This document shows positions 26,635-27,935 of a stretch of 27,935 nucleotides of DNA, in pieces. How positions within the stretch are numbered: position 1 is the first letter of the stretch; each line of letters opens with the position of its first letter. Under the pieces are notes generated by a model. The model worked only from the letters and a program-made list of their open reading frames with translations. It ran no database searches and had not been told where the DNA came from. Both the position numbers and the translations under genes were made by a program. The DNA is taken from NCBI GenBank assembly GCA_964010765.1, contig CAXGMD010000046.1, positions 1 to 27,935 on the forward strand. The letters run 5' to 3'. This DNA comes from an uncultured bacterium. GTDB taxonomy: Bacteria; SAR324; NAC60-12.

Positions 26635-27852
26635 ATGCTCCAAGAGTTTCCTCCCACCTTCATTGCTCGCTGTCTCGGATTTGATGAATCTGCGGAAGAG
26701 TTCCACTTCCAATGGCAGGAGCACCGATTCCCTCTAAAAGCCGATCAGAATTTAAAGATCACCGAAGGTGCCCTGATTCGATTTCAATTCAGTCAAGGCA
26801 AATTCGTAACGGAAAAGGTTGTCTATACGCCTCCAGCAGGTCTGAAAGCTAATGGTGATGCACTCCGCTGGCGCAAACTCAATCAATTCCCCTCACGCTT
26901 TCATTGTCTGAAAGCAAGGCACCATATCCTGCGTAGTATTCGAGATTGGTTTGATCAGCAGGGTTTCCTTGAAGTTCAAACCCCAGCAAGAGTCAAAGCA
27001 CCAAATCCTGAAGCCCATTTTGATCTAATTCAATGTGATCAGGGATACCTGGTAACCTCACCAGAATTTCAAATGAAACGTATGCTGGTTGGCGGATTTG
27101 AAAAGATTTACCAAATCAGTGCCTGCTACCGAGGAAAGGAAGTCGGTCAATGGCACAATCCAGAGTTTACGATGCTCGAATGGTATCGTGTTGGGGAGAA
27201 TTGGCACCGATTGTGTCAGGACATTCAAGAGATAACTCAGTGCCTTCCAGGGGTATGGATTGATTCAAAGCAACATAAAATGTTGGAAGGTGAATGGAAA
27301 CTTACAACAGTCAATGATCTTCTTCAGGAATTTTGGCAATTTGAAATACGACCTACAGATCAAGCAGGAGATCTCCTCGAAAAGCTCAAGGAAAATGGTC
27401 ATGAAGACTGGATCAATCAGCAAAGGATCAATGGAGAATCTTTCGTAGTTATTTTTGGCAGGATTTGGGATGAACTCGAACAAAAACTTGGGTGGGAAAG
27501 ACCTTGCTTGGTCACAGATTGGCCTCCTCAACTGGCTAGCCTCGCCCAGCTCACTCCAAATGGCCTTGCCGAAAGAGTGGAATGCTATGTTCAAGGAATG
27601 GAGATCGCCAATGGCTTTGGTGAACTGACGGACCCTAATGAGCAGCAAAAACGCTTTGAAATAGAATTAACCCATCGGAGCCAGGTCGGAAAATCAGATG
27701 TTGGGTTAGATCACCAATTTCTTGACGCTTTGTGGGAAGGGATGCCTCCAAGTTGTGGGATGGCACTAGGTATAGAGCGCCTATTGATTTGGCTGTTGGA
27801 TGTTCCATCCATTGAGAATGTGATGGCTTTTACGGAATCTGAAATTTTCTGA
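26635..27852 (+). CDS. epmA: EF-P lysine aminoacylase EpmA (GenX/PoxA) with N-terminal extension
   Basis: FLEVQTP, LVTSPEFQMKRML, HNPEFTMLEWYR, EIANGFGELTD..EQ..RF and GMPPSCGMALGIERL motifs, same strand as efp. Confidence 0.92.
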   Translation: MLQEFPPTFIARCLGFDESAEEFHFQWQEHRFPLKADQNLKITEGALIRFQFSQGKFVTEKVVYTPPAGLKANGDALRWRKLNQFPSRFHCLKARHHILRSIRDWFDQQGFLEVQTPARVKAPNPEAHFDLIQCDQGYLVTSPEFQMKRMLVGGFEKIYQISACYRGKEVGQWHNPEFTMLEWYRVGENWHRLCQDIQEITQCLPGVWIDSKQHKMLEGEWKLTTVNDLLQEFWQFEIRPTDQAGDLLEKLKENGHEDWINQQRINGESFVVIFGRIWDELEQKLGWERPCLVTDWPPQLASLAQLTPNGLAERVECYVQGMEIANGFGELTDPNEQQKRFEIELTHRSQVGKSDVGLDHQFLDALWEGMPPSCGMALGIERLLIWLLDVPSIENVMAFTESEIF

Positions 27853-27861
27853 TTTTTCTTG

Positions 27862-27890
27862 TTGACTTAATCAGAGTACTTTTATATTCT
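27862..27890 (+). promoter_or_regulatory. Sigma-70 promoter for a gene beyond the window
   Basis: TTGACT (27862-27867), 17 bp, TATTCT (27885-27890). Confidence 0.65.
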
Positions 27891-27935
27891 CATAAGCTTT
27901 CGCGAGTTATCGTGAGTTCTTTGAGAGTCGATGTG

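Noticed and set aside
27927..27935. GTCGATGTG as the 5' end of a tRNA after the strong promoter
   Set aside because: Only 9 nt visible. Compatible with a tRNA start (T8) but not supportable
1..27935. CRISPR arrays, IS elements, rRNA or complete tRNA genes
   Set aside because: No regularly spaced repeats, transposase ORFs or recognisable stable-RNA sequences seen by eye

Overview
Bacterial chromosomal window, mostly housekeeping genes. The gene mix suggests a flagellated deltaproteobacteria-like organism, possibly SAR324-like (inference only). The left end is a small decaying accessory patch: terminator, HigA-like remnant, Phd/YefM-VapC toxin-antitoxin pair with TGTACA operators, REP-like repeat and a broken tandem-USP gene. 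Next come a TauE exporter, a near-consensus sigma-28 promoter with a structured leader ahead of two unknown genes, a cysteine-free archaeal-type coaBC, two HU/IHF genes, an orphan fliM head-to-head with a Nudix gene, a Bor-like lipoprotein, a GNAT, a degenerate S41 peptidase, dgkA and a MORN protein. A phasin-like gene follows a perfect 25-bp PhaR-type palindrome, then a SutA-like small protein. A minus-strand run holds a biotin carboxylase-BCCP fusion, a pseudopilin, an unannotated 45-aa membrane peptide, HPF, two DUF3015-like paralogs and a frameshifted 5'-nucleotidase-like gene. The most striking element is at the right end: efp, then a 1279-aa highly diverged class-I adenylate-cyclase-like nucleotidyltransferase, then an N-terminally extended epmA, with no epmB in the window. 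All family calls come from motifs recognised by eye, not from database searches.
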